64,000 nt of DNA from Candidatus Omnitrophota bacterium (lineage in GTDB: Bacteria > Omnitrophota > Omnitrophia > Omnitrophales > Aquincolibacteriaceae): assembly GCA_035352955.1 (NCBI GenBank), contig DAOPYQ010000003.1, forward strand, positions 76,901-140,900, written 5' to 3'. Every line of letters begins with the position of its first letter. Within the stretch, counting starts at the first letter, position 1. Below are positions 9,701 to 18,892 of the stretch, in pieces. Position numbers and translations under genes: made by a program. The notes beneath the pieces were generated by a model that saw only the letters and a list, made by a program, of their open reading frames with translations, was not told where the DNA came from and did no database searches.

Positions 9701-11264
9701 CGATCGGCGGATTGGTCACCTGCGCAAAGAGCTGGCGGAAATAATTGTAAAGAAGCTGAGGTCGCTCGGAAAGGACGGCCAGCGCCGCGTCATTGCCCAT
9801 CGAGCCGACCGGTTCCTGGGCATTCTCGGCCATCGGCTGGAGGATCATCTTCTCGTCTTCAAGCGTGTAGCCAAAAATACGCTGGCGCAACGCGAGCGTC
9901 TTCTCGTCCACATCGACCGGGCCCGGGACCTGCAGCAGCCCCTTGAGCTCGATCCGGTTCTCCTCAAGCCACCGGCGGTACGGCTTACGGCGGGAGATGG
10001 CCGACTTGATCTCATTATCCTTGATGACGCGTTTGGCCGCCGTGTCGATCAGGAACATTTTTCCGGGGGCAAGCCGCCCTTTTTCAAGGACGTCCGGCGG
10101 ATTAATATCGAGCACACCGACCTCGGAAGCCATCACGACAAGACCGCTTTTGGTGATCACGTACCGTGCCGGCCGCAGCCCGTTCCGGTCCAGGATCGCG
10201 CCGACTTTCACGCCGTCGGTGAATGCGATCGCCGCAGGCCCGTCCCAAGGTTCCATGATCGCCGCATGGTATTCAAAGAAGGCGCGTTTCGCTTCGCTAA
10301 TGTGGTATTTGCTCCCGAACGCCTCCGGTACCATCATCATCATCGCATGCTCGAGCGAGCGGCCGCCAAGCGTCAAAAGTTCATAGACCGTATCAAATGT
10401 GGCGGAGTCGCTCAGCTGGGTATTGATGATCGGGAGAAGCTTTTTGATCTCCGGGCCGAAGAACTCGGAAGAGATCCGGACTTCGCGGGCCATCATCTTG
10501 TTGATGTTGCCGCGGAGCGTGTTGATCTCACCGTTGTGGGCCATGAAGCGGAACGGGTGCGCGAGAGGCCAGGACGGAAATGTGTTCGTGGAGTAACGTT
10601 GGTGGACCACCGCGAGAGCGCTGACAAAATCCTTTTCGGAAAGGTCGGGATAAAAAACTTCAAACTGCGGTGCGGCGAACATCCCCTTATAAACGATCTT
10701 GGAACAGGAAAGCGAAACAACGTAAAAATCCTCGATCGGCCATCCCGTCGCGAGCGCTTCGTTCTCAAAGACCTTGCGGAGCACATAAAGTTTCCGCTCC
10801 AAAGCGATCCCCTCAAGCCCGTCAAAAGCCACGAAAACTTGCCAGATGGAGGGCATGGATTCCCGGGCCATTTCGCCGAGACATTCCGGATGGACCGGCA
10901 CTTCCCGCCACCCGAGGAGCTTCCCGCCTTCGGCCGCGATCTTGGTTTCGATCATCTTCCGGGCCCGCGCGGAATCCTTCTCATTTTGCGGCAGAAACAG
11001 CATGCCGGCGCCGTAATGACCTTCCGCCGGCAGCTTGAATTTCAAAACCCGCGCGAAGAACTGGTGCGGGATCTGGAGGATCATCCCCGCGCCGTCGCCG
11101 GTCTTCTGATCGCCGCCGACCGCGCCACGATGGACGAGGTTGCAAAGGATCTGCACGCCGTCCCGGACGATCCGGTGGGAACGGGTCCCGTCGATCTTGG
11201 CGACGAACCCGACCCCGCAAGCGTCATGCTCCTGGCTGGGGTGATATAAACCGAATTCTTTCAT
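6744..11264 (-). CDS. gltB: Glutamate synthase large subunit (1506 aa)
   Basis: N-terminal Ntn amidotransferase Cys (MKEFGLYHPSQEHDACGVGF). The central, FMN-binding and C-terminal GXGXG domains are all present. Confidence 0.95.
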   Translation of the reverse strand: MKEFGLYHPSQEHDACGVGFVAKIDGTRSHRIVRDGVQILCNLVHRGAVGGDQKTGDGAGMILQIPHQFFARVLKFKLPAEGHYGAGMLFLPQNEKDSARARKMIETKIAAEGGKLLGWREVPVHPECLGEMARESMPSIWQVFVAFDGLEGIALERKLYVLRKVFENEALATGWPIEDFYVVSLSCSKIVYKGMFAAPQFEVFYPDLSEKDFVSALAVVHQRYSTNTFPSWPLAHPFRFMAHNGEINTLRGNINKMMAREVRISSEFFGPEIKKLLPIINTQLSDSATFDTVYELLTLGGRSLEHAMMMMVPEAFGSKYHISEAKRAFFEYHAAIMEPWDGPAAIAFTDGVKVGAILDRNGLRPARYVITKSGLVVMASEVGVLDINPPDVLEKGRLAPGKMFLIDTAAKRVIKDNEIKSAISRRKPYRRWLEENRIELKGLLQVPGPVDVDEKTLALRQRIFGYTLEDEKMILQPMAENAQEPVGSMGNDAALAVLSERPQLLYNYFRQLFAQVTNPPIDPYRENLVMSLMSFVGRQGNLLEERPEHCHQLKLSHPVLTNDDIDRLKTSNLSSFRVATVPMLFNPAAAGDLPKAVKGLCENVEKKIDEGHSLVILSDRGASADQAPIPALLAATAVHQHLIRVGKRYLGGLVLETGEAREVQHFACLVGYGVNAINPYLVFETLADLKRRGCLSGKITIETAIENYITAVKKGLLKVMSKMGISTIRSYRGAQIFEAVGLNDDFIATYFPGTASRINGIGIEAVERETVERFRSAFQVRETVADSLNSGGKYHYRLFSEKHLWSPMAVTLLQKATRENDYATFKKYSAEVNDISRNLCTLRGLFKFKPGASVPIDEVEPVESIVKRFVSSAMSFGSISKETHETIAIAMNRLGAASNSGEGGEDESRYLPLPNGDSAKSMIKQVASARFGVTIHYLANSKELQIKMAQGAKPGEGGQLPGHKVDAMIAKVRHSTPGVMLISPPPHHDIYSIEDLAQLIFDLKNANPEARVSVKLVSEVGVGTVAAGVAKGKADMVLISGHDGGTGASPISSIKYAGSPWEIGLAEAQQVLVMNKLRDRIRVQTDGQLKTGRDVVIAALLGAEEFGFGTSTVVTLGCIMMRKCHLNTCPVGVATQNPELRKRFAGKPESLMNFMRFVAQEVREWMAELGFRKFEDMVGHVERLEVNHAIEHYKTKGLDFSKVLAKAEVPEGGSIRCVSKQQHDLSLSLDPDLVKKAKAALEVKQPVVLQQKIRNCNRTVGATLSYEVAKRYGLAGLPEDTLHIKFEGSAGQSFGAFLAHGITFELEGDANDYFGKGLSGGRMIVYPPQSSTFRPQDNMITGNVNLFGATSGEVYIHGRAGERFCVRNSGAIAVVEGVGDHGCEYMTGGRVVILGETGVNFAAGMSGGIAYVLDENQLFDTRCNLEMVDLEPVVEAEDTTFLRTSIERHAKFTGSKFAKAVLASWDEMLPRFVKVMPMDYKKALEKLRERQTRGSETADMTEEVFI

Positions 11265-11363
11265 AGAGATCCCTCACGCTCCGTTGGGCCGCGGCACACG
11301 CGGGCACACGTAAACCTTCGAAATTAAGGTCATTAAGCTAGGGCAAGGCAGGCGATTCGTATT

Positions 11364-11903
11364 CTACTGATTTTGGAGAGTTTTCAAATAAAAAAAACCG
11401 ATAATCGTCTTTCCATCCACGATCTGCTTGCGCCGTATCATCCGGCCCAATTCAGCCAGGCTGAACTCTCCCAATTCAAAATCCTCGTCTTCATCCTTGG
11501 GCGCATGCGCCGGCACCATCCGGTCCGCGAGAAACACATGCATTTTCTCTCCGGAAACGCCCGGCGTCGGGTAGAACTCCAAAAGTTTTTTGAGCCGGCC
11601 GGGCTTCCTCCCGACCTCTTCCATCAATTCCCGTTTGGCCGCCGCCGGAAACGTCTCGCGTGGCTCCCGCCCTCCCGCCGGAAATTCCCAAAGATGCCGG
11701 CCCAGCGGAAAACGGTACTGCTTCACGAGAAGATATTTCCCCGACTTCGTCCTCGGAATGATCACGACGCATCCCGGATGTTCCAGGATCTGGCGCGACA
11801 GGACTTTCCCGTGGGGCGTGTGGATATCACAATCCACCAACCGGATCGGCCCCTTGGAAAAAATGACCTTTTTTTTGAGCGTCCTGTATTTTTTCTGGCT
11901 CAT
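11364..11903 (-). CDS. NUDIX hydrolase (ADP-ribose pyrophosphatase-like)
   Basis: Nudix box GGREPRETFPAAAKRELMEEVG. Confidence 0.8.
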   Translation of the reverse strand: MSQKKYRTLKKKVIFSKGPIRLVDCDIHTPHGKVLSRQILEHPGCVVIIPRTKSGKYLLVKQYRFPLGRHLWEFPAGGREPRETFPAAAKRELMEEVGRKPGRLKKLLEFYPTPGVSGEKMHVFLADRMVPAHAPKDEDEDFELGEFSLAELGRMIRRKQIVDGKTIIGFFYLKTLQNQ

Positions 11904-12060
11904 AAAGAAAAACGGCTCGCTGTCCTTATCGGGGCGAGCCTCACTTCAACATTTCGAAGAAAATTTGGAGCGGGATACGGGAATCCCAATGCCCGTGCAT
12001 TGGGACTGCAAACGGATCAAAACTTGACGTTTTGATCCGCGGTCTTCTCTTCCCGTATCT

Positions 12061-12110
12061 CCCAAAAAGCGCGGTGCCGTACACGGCTTTCCTAAAAAGT
12101 GACGGCACCG
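12061..12110 (-). terminator. Putative intrinsic terminator downstream of tRNA-Gly
   Basis: Stem GGTGCCGT/ACGGCACC followed on the minus strand by GCGCTTTTTGGG. The loop is large (21 nt), so confidence is modest. Confidence 0.35.
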
Positions 12111-12129
12111 TGCTGATTCATAAAGAATC

Positions 12130-12200
12130 AGCGGGATACGGGAATCGAACCCGTCTGACCAGCTTGGGAAGCTGGGACATTACCACTATGCTAATCCCGC
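12130..12200 (-). tRNA. tRNA-Gly (anticodon CCC)
   Basis: Manual fold gives acceptor GCGGGAT/ATCCCGC, D arm GCAT-AGTGGTA-ATGT, anticodon arm CCAGC-TTCCCAA-GCTGG, T arm ACGGG-TTCGATT-CCCGT, and discriminator T. Confidence 0.85.
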
Positions 12201-12223
12201 ACAAGATGTCAAAAATGCAACGC

Positions 12224-13138
12224 TCAGATTTTACAGATTTTTTTCAAAACTTCCAGCCGTTTGTCAAAGTCCGCGCGCTTCACTTCCCTGAGCCTCTGGA
12301 GCCCGAATTTCTCCACGGTGAACGACGCAACGATGGTTCCATAGGCGATGGCGGTCTTCATGGTCTTCAGGCTAACCTTCCGCGCCGCGGCCAAATACCC
12401 CATCACGCCGCCGGCAAAACTGTCTCCCGCGCCGGTCGGGTCGTACACGCTTTCAAGCGGGTACGCGGGATAAATGAAAACACCCTCGTGACTGTAAAGC
12501 AGCGCGCCATGCTCCCCTTTTTTGACGATGACATATTCGGGGCCCATATTGTGGATATGCTGCGCCGCCTTGATCAAATTTACCTCCCCGGTCAGTTGGC
12601 GCGCCTCGCCGTCATTCATGAACACCGCATGCACGCGACTGAGAACCTTCAGCACGGCATCACGTTTGTTCTGGATCCAAAAGTTCATGGTATCGCAGGC
12701 AACGAATTTAAGCGTCGAACCGTGCACCTGATCCAACACGGAAAGCTGGAGGTCCGGATCCACATTCGCCAAAAACACGAATTCCGGCATCTTGTCATAA
12801 TTCACTTTCGGTTTGAAATCCAACAGGACGTTCAAATCGGTCTGAAGCGTGATCGCCGAATTCATATCGGCTTCATACTTCCCCTTCCAGTGAAAGGTCT
12901 TGCCCGGCAGCGTCAAGAGGTGGCTGAGATCGATCTCGCGTTCCGTGAGGACCTTGCGGTACTCTTCCGGAAAATCCTTACCCACGACCGCCACCACACC
13001 AACGCGCGTAAAAAAGCTGGCCGCGTACGAAAAGAACGATGCAGATCCTCCAAAGACCGTCTGCTGGACGCCAAAAGGCGTCGAAAGCTCATCAATGGCA
13101 ACGGTTCCGATCACGATCAGATAAGGCGGCTTTGACAT
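12224..13138 (-). CDS. PfkB/ribokinase-family carbohydrate kinase, possibly the stand-alone heptose-7-phosphate kinase (HldE domain I equivalent)
   Basis: C-terminal anion-hole motif DPTGAGDSFAGG typical of the PfkB family. The heptose-kinase assignment is inferred only from the neighbouring gmhA and heptose adenylyltransferase genes. Confidence 0.7.
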   Translation of the reverse strand: MSKPPYLIVIGTVAIDELSTPFGVQQTVFGGSASFFSYAASFFTRVGVVAVVGKDFPEEYRKVLTEREIDLSHLLTLPGKTFHWKGKYEADMNSAITLQTDLNVLLDFKPKVNYDKMPEFVFLANVDPDLQLSVLDQVHGSTLKFVACDTMNFWIQNKRDAVLKVLSRVHAVFMNDGEARQLTGEVNLIKAAQHIHNMGPEYVIVKKGEHGALLYSHEGVFIYPAYPLESVYDPTGAGDSFAGGVMGYLAAARKVSLKTMKTAIAYGTIVASFTVEKFGLQRLREVKRADFDKRLEVLKKICKI

Positions 13139-13142
13139 GGTT

Positions 13143-13787
13143 TTATCCTTTGAGTATGTCCTTCAATTGTTGTGCGGCTTTTCCCGTATCCTTCGCCGCA
13201 AATAAGGCCCTGACAACAGCAACGCGGGTCGCCCCCGCATTCATGACCGAGCGAACATTTTCAAGATCGATCCCCCCGATCGCGACCCAGGGGATCCGGA
13301 CACTCCCCGCAACCTGGCGGACAAACTTCAACCCGAGCGCGTTCGCGTCCGGCTTGGTGGGCGTCGTAAATACCGCGCCGACCCCGATATAATCGGCCTT
13401 TTCACGTTGCGCCTCAAGCGCCTGCCGGAGATTATGGGTCGATTTTCCGATCCAGAGCTTCCGCCCGGCCTCGCGGATCAGCTGCCGCGCCGCCGGAACG
13501 GGCAAATCACCCTGCCCGAGGTGGACCCCGTCCGCTCCCGCAGCAAGCGCCAGATCCACACGGTCATTCACAAAAAATAATTTCCTGAAACGCGCCGCGA
13601 TCTTGCGGATCCTGAGACCCGCCCGGAGCATCACAGCATCCGTCAGGACCTTCGAGCGCAGCTGAACGATATCCGTCCCGCCGCGGAAGGCTTGTTCGAC
13701 TTTCCTGAAAAGATCCCCGCGTTCTTCCGCGAGATCCGTGACAGCGTAAAGACTAAAACTCCTGAAAACGTTTTCTTGCCAACCCAT
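13143..13787 (-). CDS. thiE: Thiamine-phosphate synthase. The ORF extends to 14003; the likely start is MGWQ at 13787, directly after the upstream gene's stop.
   Basis: ThiE motifs YAVTD, VQLRSK and GADGVHLGQ. The length matches ThiE when started at 13787. Confidence 0.8.
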   Translation of the reverse strand: MGWQENVFRSFSLYAVTDLAEERGDLFRKVEQAFRGGTDIVQLRSKVLTDAVMLRAGLRIRKIAARFRKLFFVNDRVDLALAAGADGVHLGQGDLPVPAARQLIREAGRKLWIGKSTHNLRQALEAQREKADYIGVGAVFTTPTKPDANALGLKFVRQVAGSVRIPWVAIGGIDLENVRSVMNAGATRVAVVRALFAAKDTGKAAQQLKDILKG

Positions 13788-13789
13788 AC

Positions 13790-14263
13790 CTAGGCCAGTT
13801 TCAGAGCCTTGATCACACGCGTCGACGACCGCCCCGGGACCATCGGGATCCGCTTCACCTTCCCGCCCCAGGAGAGAACTTCCTTCGCCCCGACGATATC
13901 CTTCAAGGCCCAGTCCGCGCCTTTCACGAGCACGCGAGGCCGGATCGCAAGAATCAGCTTCAGAGGGGTCGGGTCCCCGAAAAGGATCGCATAATCCACG
14001 CACGCAAGCGCCGTCAGGACCTTGATACGGTCCCGCTCGGGATTGACGGGACGGCTGGGATCTTTGTAGGACTTAACGGACTTGTCGGTATTCACGCCGA
14101 CGATCAGGACATCCCCGGCCGCTTTCGCTTTCTGGAGATAGGTCACGTGTCCGAGATGGAGGATATCGAACGTGCCGTTGGTAAAAACGACACGCTTGCC
14201 CCGCGCCCGCATACGGCGGACCCATCCGGGAAGTGTTTTATCGTTGAGGATCTTGGAAGACAT
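13790..14263 (-). CDS. D-glycero-beta-D-manno-heptose-1-phosphate adenylyltransferase (HldE domain II / RfaE-II-like cytidylyltransferase). The ORF extends to 14332; the likely start is MSSKIL at 14263.
   Basis: Nucleotidyltransferase motif VVFTNGTFDILHLGHVTYL, and adjacent to gmhA. Confidence 0.8.
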   Translation of the reverse strand: MSSKILNDKTLPGWVRRMRARGKRVVFTNGTFDILHLGHVTYLQKAKAAGDVLIVGVNTDKSVKSYKDPSRPVNPERDRIKVLTALACVDYAILFGDPTPLKLILAIRPRVLVKGADWALKDIVGAKEVLSWGGKVKRIPMVPGRSSTRVIKALKLA

Positions 14264-14291
14264 CGTACCGGCCTCTTTCGGAAACGTCCGT

Positions 14292-14864
14292 TTATCCGAA
14301 CAGGATCTTTTCCACGACCTCGCACACCGCATGGAGCGCGGTGATATGCATCTCCTGCACGTGCGTCGTTTTGTTAGTCTTGGCGATAAAGCAGTGGCTC
14401 ACGGCGTCTTTCATCGTGCCGCCGTCCTTACCGGTAAAACCTACCGTCAAGATCCCCTGCTGCTTGGCCTGTCCGATCGCCTCGAGAATATTGGGCGAAC
14501 GCCCGCTCGTGGAGATCACGATCAGCACATCGCCTTTTTTCCCAAGCCCCTCGATCTGCCTGGAAAAAACCTTGTCATACCCGAAATCATTCCCGATCGC
14601 CGTCACCGCCGCCATGTCCGCGTTCAACGCGATCGCCGGAAGGCTGACCCGGTCCTTTTCAAACCGGCCGACGAATTCCGCCGCAATGTGCAGCGCGTCG
14701 GAGGCCGACCCGCCGTTCCCGCACAGAAGGACCTTGTTGCCGGCCTTCAAAGCGAGAATGATCGCGTGCGCGATCGAGTTCAACACCTCGATCTGAGCGG
14801 GCGTAAAAGATTTCTGGAAGGCGTCCTGATGTCCCTGAAAGATCGCTTCAAAATGATTTTTCAT
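14292..14864 (-). CDS. gmhA: Phosphoheptose isomerase (SIS domain)
   Basis: SIS motifs LLCGNGGSASDALHIAAE and VLIVISTSGRSPN. Confidence 0.88.
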   Translation of the reverse strand: MKNHFEAIFQGHQDAFQKSFTPAQIEVLNSIAHAIILALKAGNKVLLCGNGGSASDALHIAAEFVGRFEKDRVSLPAIALNADMAAVTAIGNDFGYDKVFSRQIEGLGKKGDVLIVISTSGRSPNILEAIGQAKQQGILTVGFTGKDGGTMKDAVSHCFIAKTNKTTHVQEMHITALHAVCEVVEKILFG

Positions 14865-14867
14865 GGG

Positions 14868-15896
14868 CTAACCAAAGAATTTCTTGGCAAGTTCGTAAAG
14901 CTCCGGCGGAACCGTCTTGAGTTCCCCGACCGCTTCCTGAAGCGGCACCGCGACGATCTCGCGGCCGCGCAAACTCACCATTTTTCCAAATTGACCCTGT
15001 TCAATAAGTTCCACGGCTTTCACGCCGAAACGGGTGCCGAGAATACGGTCGAACGCCGTCGGAGTGCCGCCGCGCTGAATGTGGCCGAGCACGGTCGAAC
15101 GGGTCTCGATCCCGGTCTTCTTTTCGATCAATTTCGCGAGCCGGTCACCGATGCCGCCAAGACGGACGTGGCCAAACGCATCCAGTTCTTTCTGCGTGGT
15201 CGCAATATCTTCACCTTTGATCGAAAAACCTTCCGAAACGGCCACCACGCCAAAACGTTTGCCGCGCGCCAGACGCTTCATCAAGGGTGCGCAGATCTCA
15301 TCCGCGGTCATGGAAACCTCGGGGATCAACACGACATCCGCGGCTCCCGCGATGCCCGATTCCAAGGCGATCCAGCCCGCGTGGCGGCCCATGATCTCGG
15401 CCACGATGACACGTTCGTGCGATTCAGCCGTCGTGCGGAGCCTGTCCAGACAGTCCGTCGCGATGCCGAGCGCCGTATCGTAGCCAAAGGTATAATCGGT
15501 CGCGTTCAGATCGTTATCGATGGTTTTCGGAACGCCGACAACGTGCACGCCGTCCTTGAAAAGCTTGTTCCCGGCGCCCAGCGTATCCTCACCGCCGACC
15601 GCCACCAGCGCGTCAAGCTTGTTCTTCGCCATGGTGGCACGGACCTTCTGGACATCGCCTTCCTTCTTGTAAGGATTCGTGCGAGACGTCCCGAGGATCG
15701 TGCCGCCACGCTGAAGGATCCCGGCGACCGAATCATTCGACAATTCGACGAAATCATTCTCAATGATGCCCTTCCACCCGCGTTTAAAACCGATCACCGT
15801 CCAACCGTGAAGCTTTGCCGCGCGGACCACCGCGCGAATCACGGGGTTAAGACCTGGGCAATCGCCGCCGCCCGTAAGTATACCGATACGTTTCAT
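14868..15896 (-). CDS. pfkA: 6-phosphofructokinase
   Basis: N-terminal GILTGGGDCPGLN, the GGDGT-like region, and MGRHAGWIA. Confidence 0.9.
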   Translation of the reverse strand: MKRIGILTGGGDCPGLNPVIRAVVRAAKLHGWTVIGFKRGWKGIIENDFVELSNDSVAGILQRGGTILGTSRTNPYKKEGDVQKVRATMAKNKLDALVAVGGEDTLGAGNKLFKDGVHVVGVPKTIDNDLNATDYTFGYDTALGIATDCLDRLRTTAESHERVIVAEIMGRHAGWIALESGIAGAADVVLIPEVSMTADEICAPLMKRLARGKRFGVVAVSEGFSIKGEDIATTQKELDAFGHVRLGGIGDRLAKLIEKKTGIETRSTVLGHIQRGGTPTAFDRILGTRFGVKAVELIEQGQFGKMVSLRGREIVAVPLQEAVGELKTVPPELYELAKKFFG

Positions 15897-15940
15897 TTTC
15901 CTGCTCCTATGTTTTAATGTTTTAGTGATTTAAAAATACT

Positions 15941-16486
15941 TCAAACCTGCGGCGCACCGACTTCTTCGATCCCCTTCACATCACAGATCACCGTGACCTG
16001 GTTGTCGGCGCCCAAAAGCCGTTTCACCCGCTCATACACTTCCTGCTGCATCTCGGAAAGAAGCGATGCCACCTGCCCGCCGGCCCACAGAACCAGCCGC
16101 AACTTCACTTCCACGCTCTTCCCGCTGATAATGACCTTGACCTTCGCGTTTTTAACGAGCGTAAAGTGCTTCAAAGCCTTGAGCGAAGCGTTCTCGATCG
16201 TCCCCATAGAGACCACCACGGCCCCCGCGTCGCTATGAAAGATCACCGCTTCATTCGGCCGGCCGGACTTCACCAGCATTTTGGAAAACGAAAGCCCCAA
16301 GACGATAAAAATGATCCCGACAACCCCCACCTGCACCGACCGCCACGGATTTTGATAAATCTCCTGGAGCCGCAGAATAGCGTCGTCAAACGCCAGCAAA
16401 TGAAGCGACATGATGATCAGCAAACTTCCCAACGTCAAAAAGGAGAAGATCGCGAAGAGCTGAGCGAAGGCATTGCCGACTTTCAT
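15941..16486 (-). CDS. Membrane-anchored Asp23/Gls24-like stress protein (YqhY-like position downstream of accBC)
   Basis: Two N-terminal TM helices followed by an Asp23-like soluble domain. Its position matches the accB-accC-yqhY arrangement in Firmicutes. Confidence 0.4.
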   Translation of the reverse strand: MKVGNAFAQLFAIFSFLTLGSLLIIMSLHLLAFDDAILRLQEIYQNPWRSVQVGVVGIIFIVLGLSFSKMLVKSGRPNEAVIFHSDAGAVVVSMGTIENASLKALKHFTLVKNAKVKVIISGKSVEVKLRLVLWAGGQVASLLSEMQQEVYERVKRLLGADNQVTVICDVKGIEEVGAPQV

Positions 16487-16489
16487 GGA

Positions 16490-17872
16490 TTACTTCTTGG
16501 TCTTTTCCCCGTCGGGGACTTCAACCTTGCCCACTTCGAGGATGGATTCGATGAACTTCGTGTTGATCCCGCCCTGCCGGAACTTCGGATTGCTCAGGAT
16601 CTTCTGCTGAAGCGGAATGGTGCTCTTGATCGGACCGATCTGCATTTCATAAAGCGCCCGCAGCATCACGCTGATGGCCTCCTGACGGTTCCGCCCGTGA
16701 ACGATGAGCTTGGCGAGCATCGAATCGTAGAACGGCGGCACCGCATATCCGACGTAACCGTGGCTGTCGACGCGCACATGGGGCCCGCCCGGCATCAACC
16801 AGTTGTCGATCTTTCCGGGGCACGGCATAAAATTATTCGCCGGATCTTCGGCATTGATACGGCACTCGATCGCGTGCCCGGTAAATTTGACGTCTTCCTG
16901 CGTTAAGCTGAGCTTTTCGCCCGCCGCCACGAGAAGCTGCTCTTTCACAAGATCCAGCCCCGTCACCATTTCCGTGACAGGATGTTCGACCTGCAGTCGC
17001 GTATTCATTTCCATAAAATAAAAGTTCTCGTCCTTGTCGAGCAGAAACTCGATCGTACCGGCATTCTCGTATTTGAAAGCCTTGGCCGCCCGGATCGCCG
17101 CTTCGCCGATCTTCCTGCGGATCTTCAGGCTCAGGCCCGGCGCGGGAGATTCTTCGACAAGCTTCTGGTGGCGGCGCTGGACCGAGCAGTCACGTTCGCC
17201 CAGGTGCACCACGTTGCCAAAGCTGTCGGCCATGATCTGGACCTCGATATGGCGGGGTTCTTCGATGCATTTTTCAACATAGACGTCCCGGTTACCGAAC
17301 GCGGCCTCGGCCTCGGTCTGGGCCGTCAGAAACGCGCTGATGAGTTTACCATCGTTGTGAGCGATCTTGATCCCCTTACCGCCGCCACCCGCCGACGCCT
17401 TCACGATGACCGGATAGCCGAGCTTCTTGGCAAGGCGAAGGGCGTCTTCCTGGTCCGTCACCACCCCTTTGCTTCCGGGAATAATGGGAACTCCGGCCTT
17501 CTTCATTTCAAGGCGCGCGACGGACTTGTCGCCCGCAAGCCGGATGCTTTCCGGCCGCGGCCCGATGAATTTGATCTGGCAGGATTCGCAAATTTCGGCA
17601 AAATGCGCGTTTTCGGCCAAAAACCCGTAACCGGGGTGGATGGCCTCGACGTCCGCGATCTCCGCCGCGGAGATCAGCGCCGGAATATTGAGATAGCTTT
17701 CAGAACTCGGGGCTTCGCCGATGCAAATAGCTTCGTCCGCCAACTTGACGTGAAGGGACCCTCGGTCAGCCTTCGAGAACACCGCCACCGTCTGAATGCC
17801 CATTTCCCGGCAGGCGCGGATCACACGCACCGCAATTTCACCGCGATTCGCAATCATGATTTTTGAGAACAT
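16490..17872 (-). CDS. accC: Acetyl-CoA carboxylase biotin carboxylase subunit
   Basis: [21 protein letters not shown] and the ATP-grasp core. Confidence 0.95.
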   Translation of the reverse strand: MFSKIMIANRGEIAVRVIRACREMGIQTVAVFSKADRGSLHVKLADEAICIGEAPSSESYLNIPALISAAEIADVEAIHPGYGFLAENAHFAEICESCQIKFIGPRPESIRLAGDKSVARLEMKKAGVPIIPGSKGVVTDQEDALRLAKKLGYPVIVKASAGGGGKGIKIAHNDGKLISAFLTAQTEAEAAFGNRDVYVEKCIEEPRHIEVQIMADSFGNVVHLGERDCSVQRRHQKLVEESPAPGLSLKIRRKIGEAAIRAAKAFKYENAGTIEFLLDKDENFYFMEMNTRLQVEHPVTEMVTGLDLVKEQLLVAAGEKLSLTQEDVKFTGHAIECRINAEDPANNFMPCPGKIDNWLMPGGPHVRVDSHGYVGYAVPPFYDSMLAKLIVHGRNRQEAISVMLRALYEMQIGPIKSTIPLQQKILSNPKFRQGGINTKFIESILEVGKVEVPDGEKTKK

Positions 17873-17912
17873 ACCGTCTTCCCGTCTAAAAGGTTAAGAG
17901 GTTGAGGAAAGA

Positions 17913-18383
17913 TTACTTCCGGATCTTCAGGATCGGCTGATCGTATTCCACGGTCTGGCCGTTTTGGACCAGGATTTCGACGACCGTTCCGCCCGTCTCA
18001 GCTTTGATCTCGTTCATAAGCTTCATGGCTTCAATGATGCAAAGAACATCGCCTTCTTTGACCGCCTGATTGACCGACACATACGGCGGCTGGTCCGGCG
18101 CAGGCGCGGCATAAAACGTCCCAACCATCGGTGAGCGAACGATCGTCACGCCTTCTTCGACGGCGGCCGGCGCGGCCGCGGCGACAGAAGCCACAGGCGC
18201 CGCCTGCATGATCGGCGCCAGGGGCGCCATCATAGCCCCCATCGAATGACCGCCATCCACCACGATCCTGCCGTTCGGCTGCTTGCGGAGCTTGATCCTC
18301 ATGTTGTCTTTTTCAATCTCGACCTCGTTGACGTTGTGTTCCGCCATGAGTTCCAGAAGTTCTTTGATCTCTTTAATGTTCAT
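17913..18383 (-). CDS. accB: Biotin carboxyl carrier protein. The ORF extends to 18434; the likely start MNIKEI at 18383 forms an ATGA overlap with the aroQ stop.
   Basis: Biotinylation motif EAMKLMNEI. An Ala/Pro-rich linker is present. Confidence 0.88.
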   Translation of the reverse strand: MNIKEIKELLELMAEHNVNEVEIEKDNMRIKLRKQPNGRIVVDGGHSMGAMMAPLAPIMQAAPVASVAAAAPAAVEEGVTIVRSPMVGTFYAAPAPDQPPYVSVNQAVKEGDVLCIIEAMKLMNEIKAETGGTVVEILVQNGQTVEYDQPILKIRK

Positions 18384-18856
18384 TTGCTTTTCCTTGTCGC
18401 ATGGACTTTCTTCTTGGGTTTGATTTTCGAACAATAGGCCACCAGCCCCATCAGCCCGAGGAAATAGCTGTCTTTCCCGAGCCCCGTCACCTGCGCCACA
18501 CAGGCTGGTGCGGTCATGGAGTGTTGCCTGAAATCTTCACGCTTGTAGATATGACTGAGATGGACCTCGACGGCCGGAAGGCCGGAGGCAGCGAGGGCGT
18601 CACGGATCGCAACGCTGGTGTGGGTATATGCGGCGGGATTGATCAGGATCCCGTCATAACGGCCTCGGGCGCCGCCGATCCTGTCGACCATCACGCCCTC
18701 GTGGTTGCTTTGTTCGATGTCGAGCGAAACGCCGAGGATCTTCGCTTCCCGCTCAAGCCCCTGATTGATCTCGCGGAGCGTCACTTTCCCGTAAACCGAA
18801 ACCTCCCGCTCTCCGAGGAGCTGCAGGTTCGGTCCATGGATCACAAGTATCTTCAT
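18380..18856 (-). CDS. aroQ: 3-dehydroquinate dehydratase type II
   Basis: [18 protein letters not shown]...[16 protein letters not shown] matches the type II DHQase signature. Confidence 0.9.
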   Translation of the reverse strand: MKILVIHGPNLQLLGEREVSVYGKVTLREINQGLEREAKILGVSLDIEQSNHEGVMVDRIGGARGRYDGILINPAAYTHTSVAIRDALAASGLPAVEVHLSHIYKREDFRQHSMTAPACVAQVTGLGKDSYFLGLMGLVAYCSKIKPKKKVHATRKSK

Positions 18857-18892
18857 ATAAAGAATAATTCCTTAGATGATTGCGGCTTCCGG

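Noticed and set aside
8457-11249. Long antisense ORFs (930 aa opposite gltB; also 760..1860, 33075..34502, 35933..36859, 52826..54034, 59877..60647 and others)
   Set aside because: They are typical high-GC shadow ORFs lying exactly opposite strongly supported housekeeping genes. They are Arg/Pro/Gly/His-rich with no family resemblance.
11265-11363. Sigma54 promoter upstream of gltB or pilA
   Set aside because: I scanned both upstream regions for GG-N10-GC with TGGCAC/TTGC context. No acceptable match was found. The only convincing -24/-12 element in the window is at 41120..41134.
11969-11985. Second tRNA gene next to tRNA-Gly
   Set aside because: Only the 3' 17 nt are duplicated. No acceptor 5' strand, D arm or anticodon arm can be folded.
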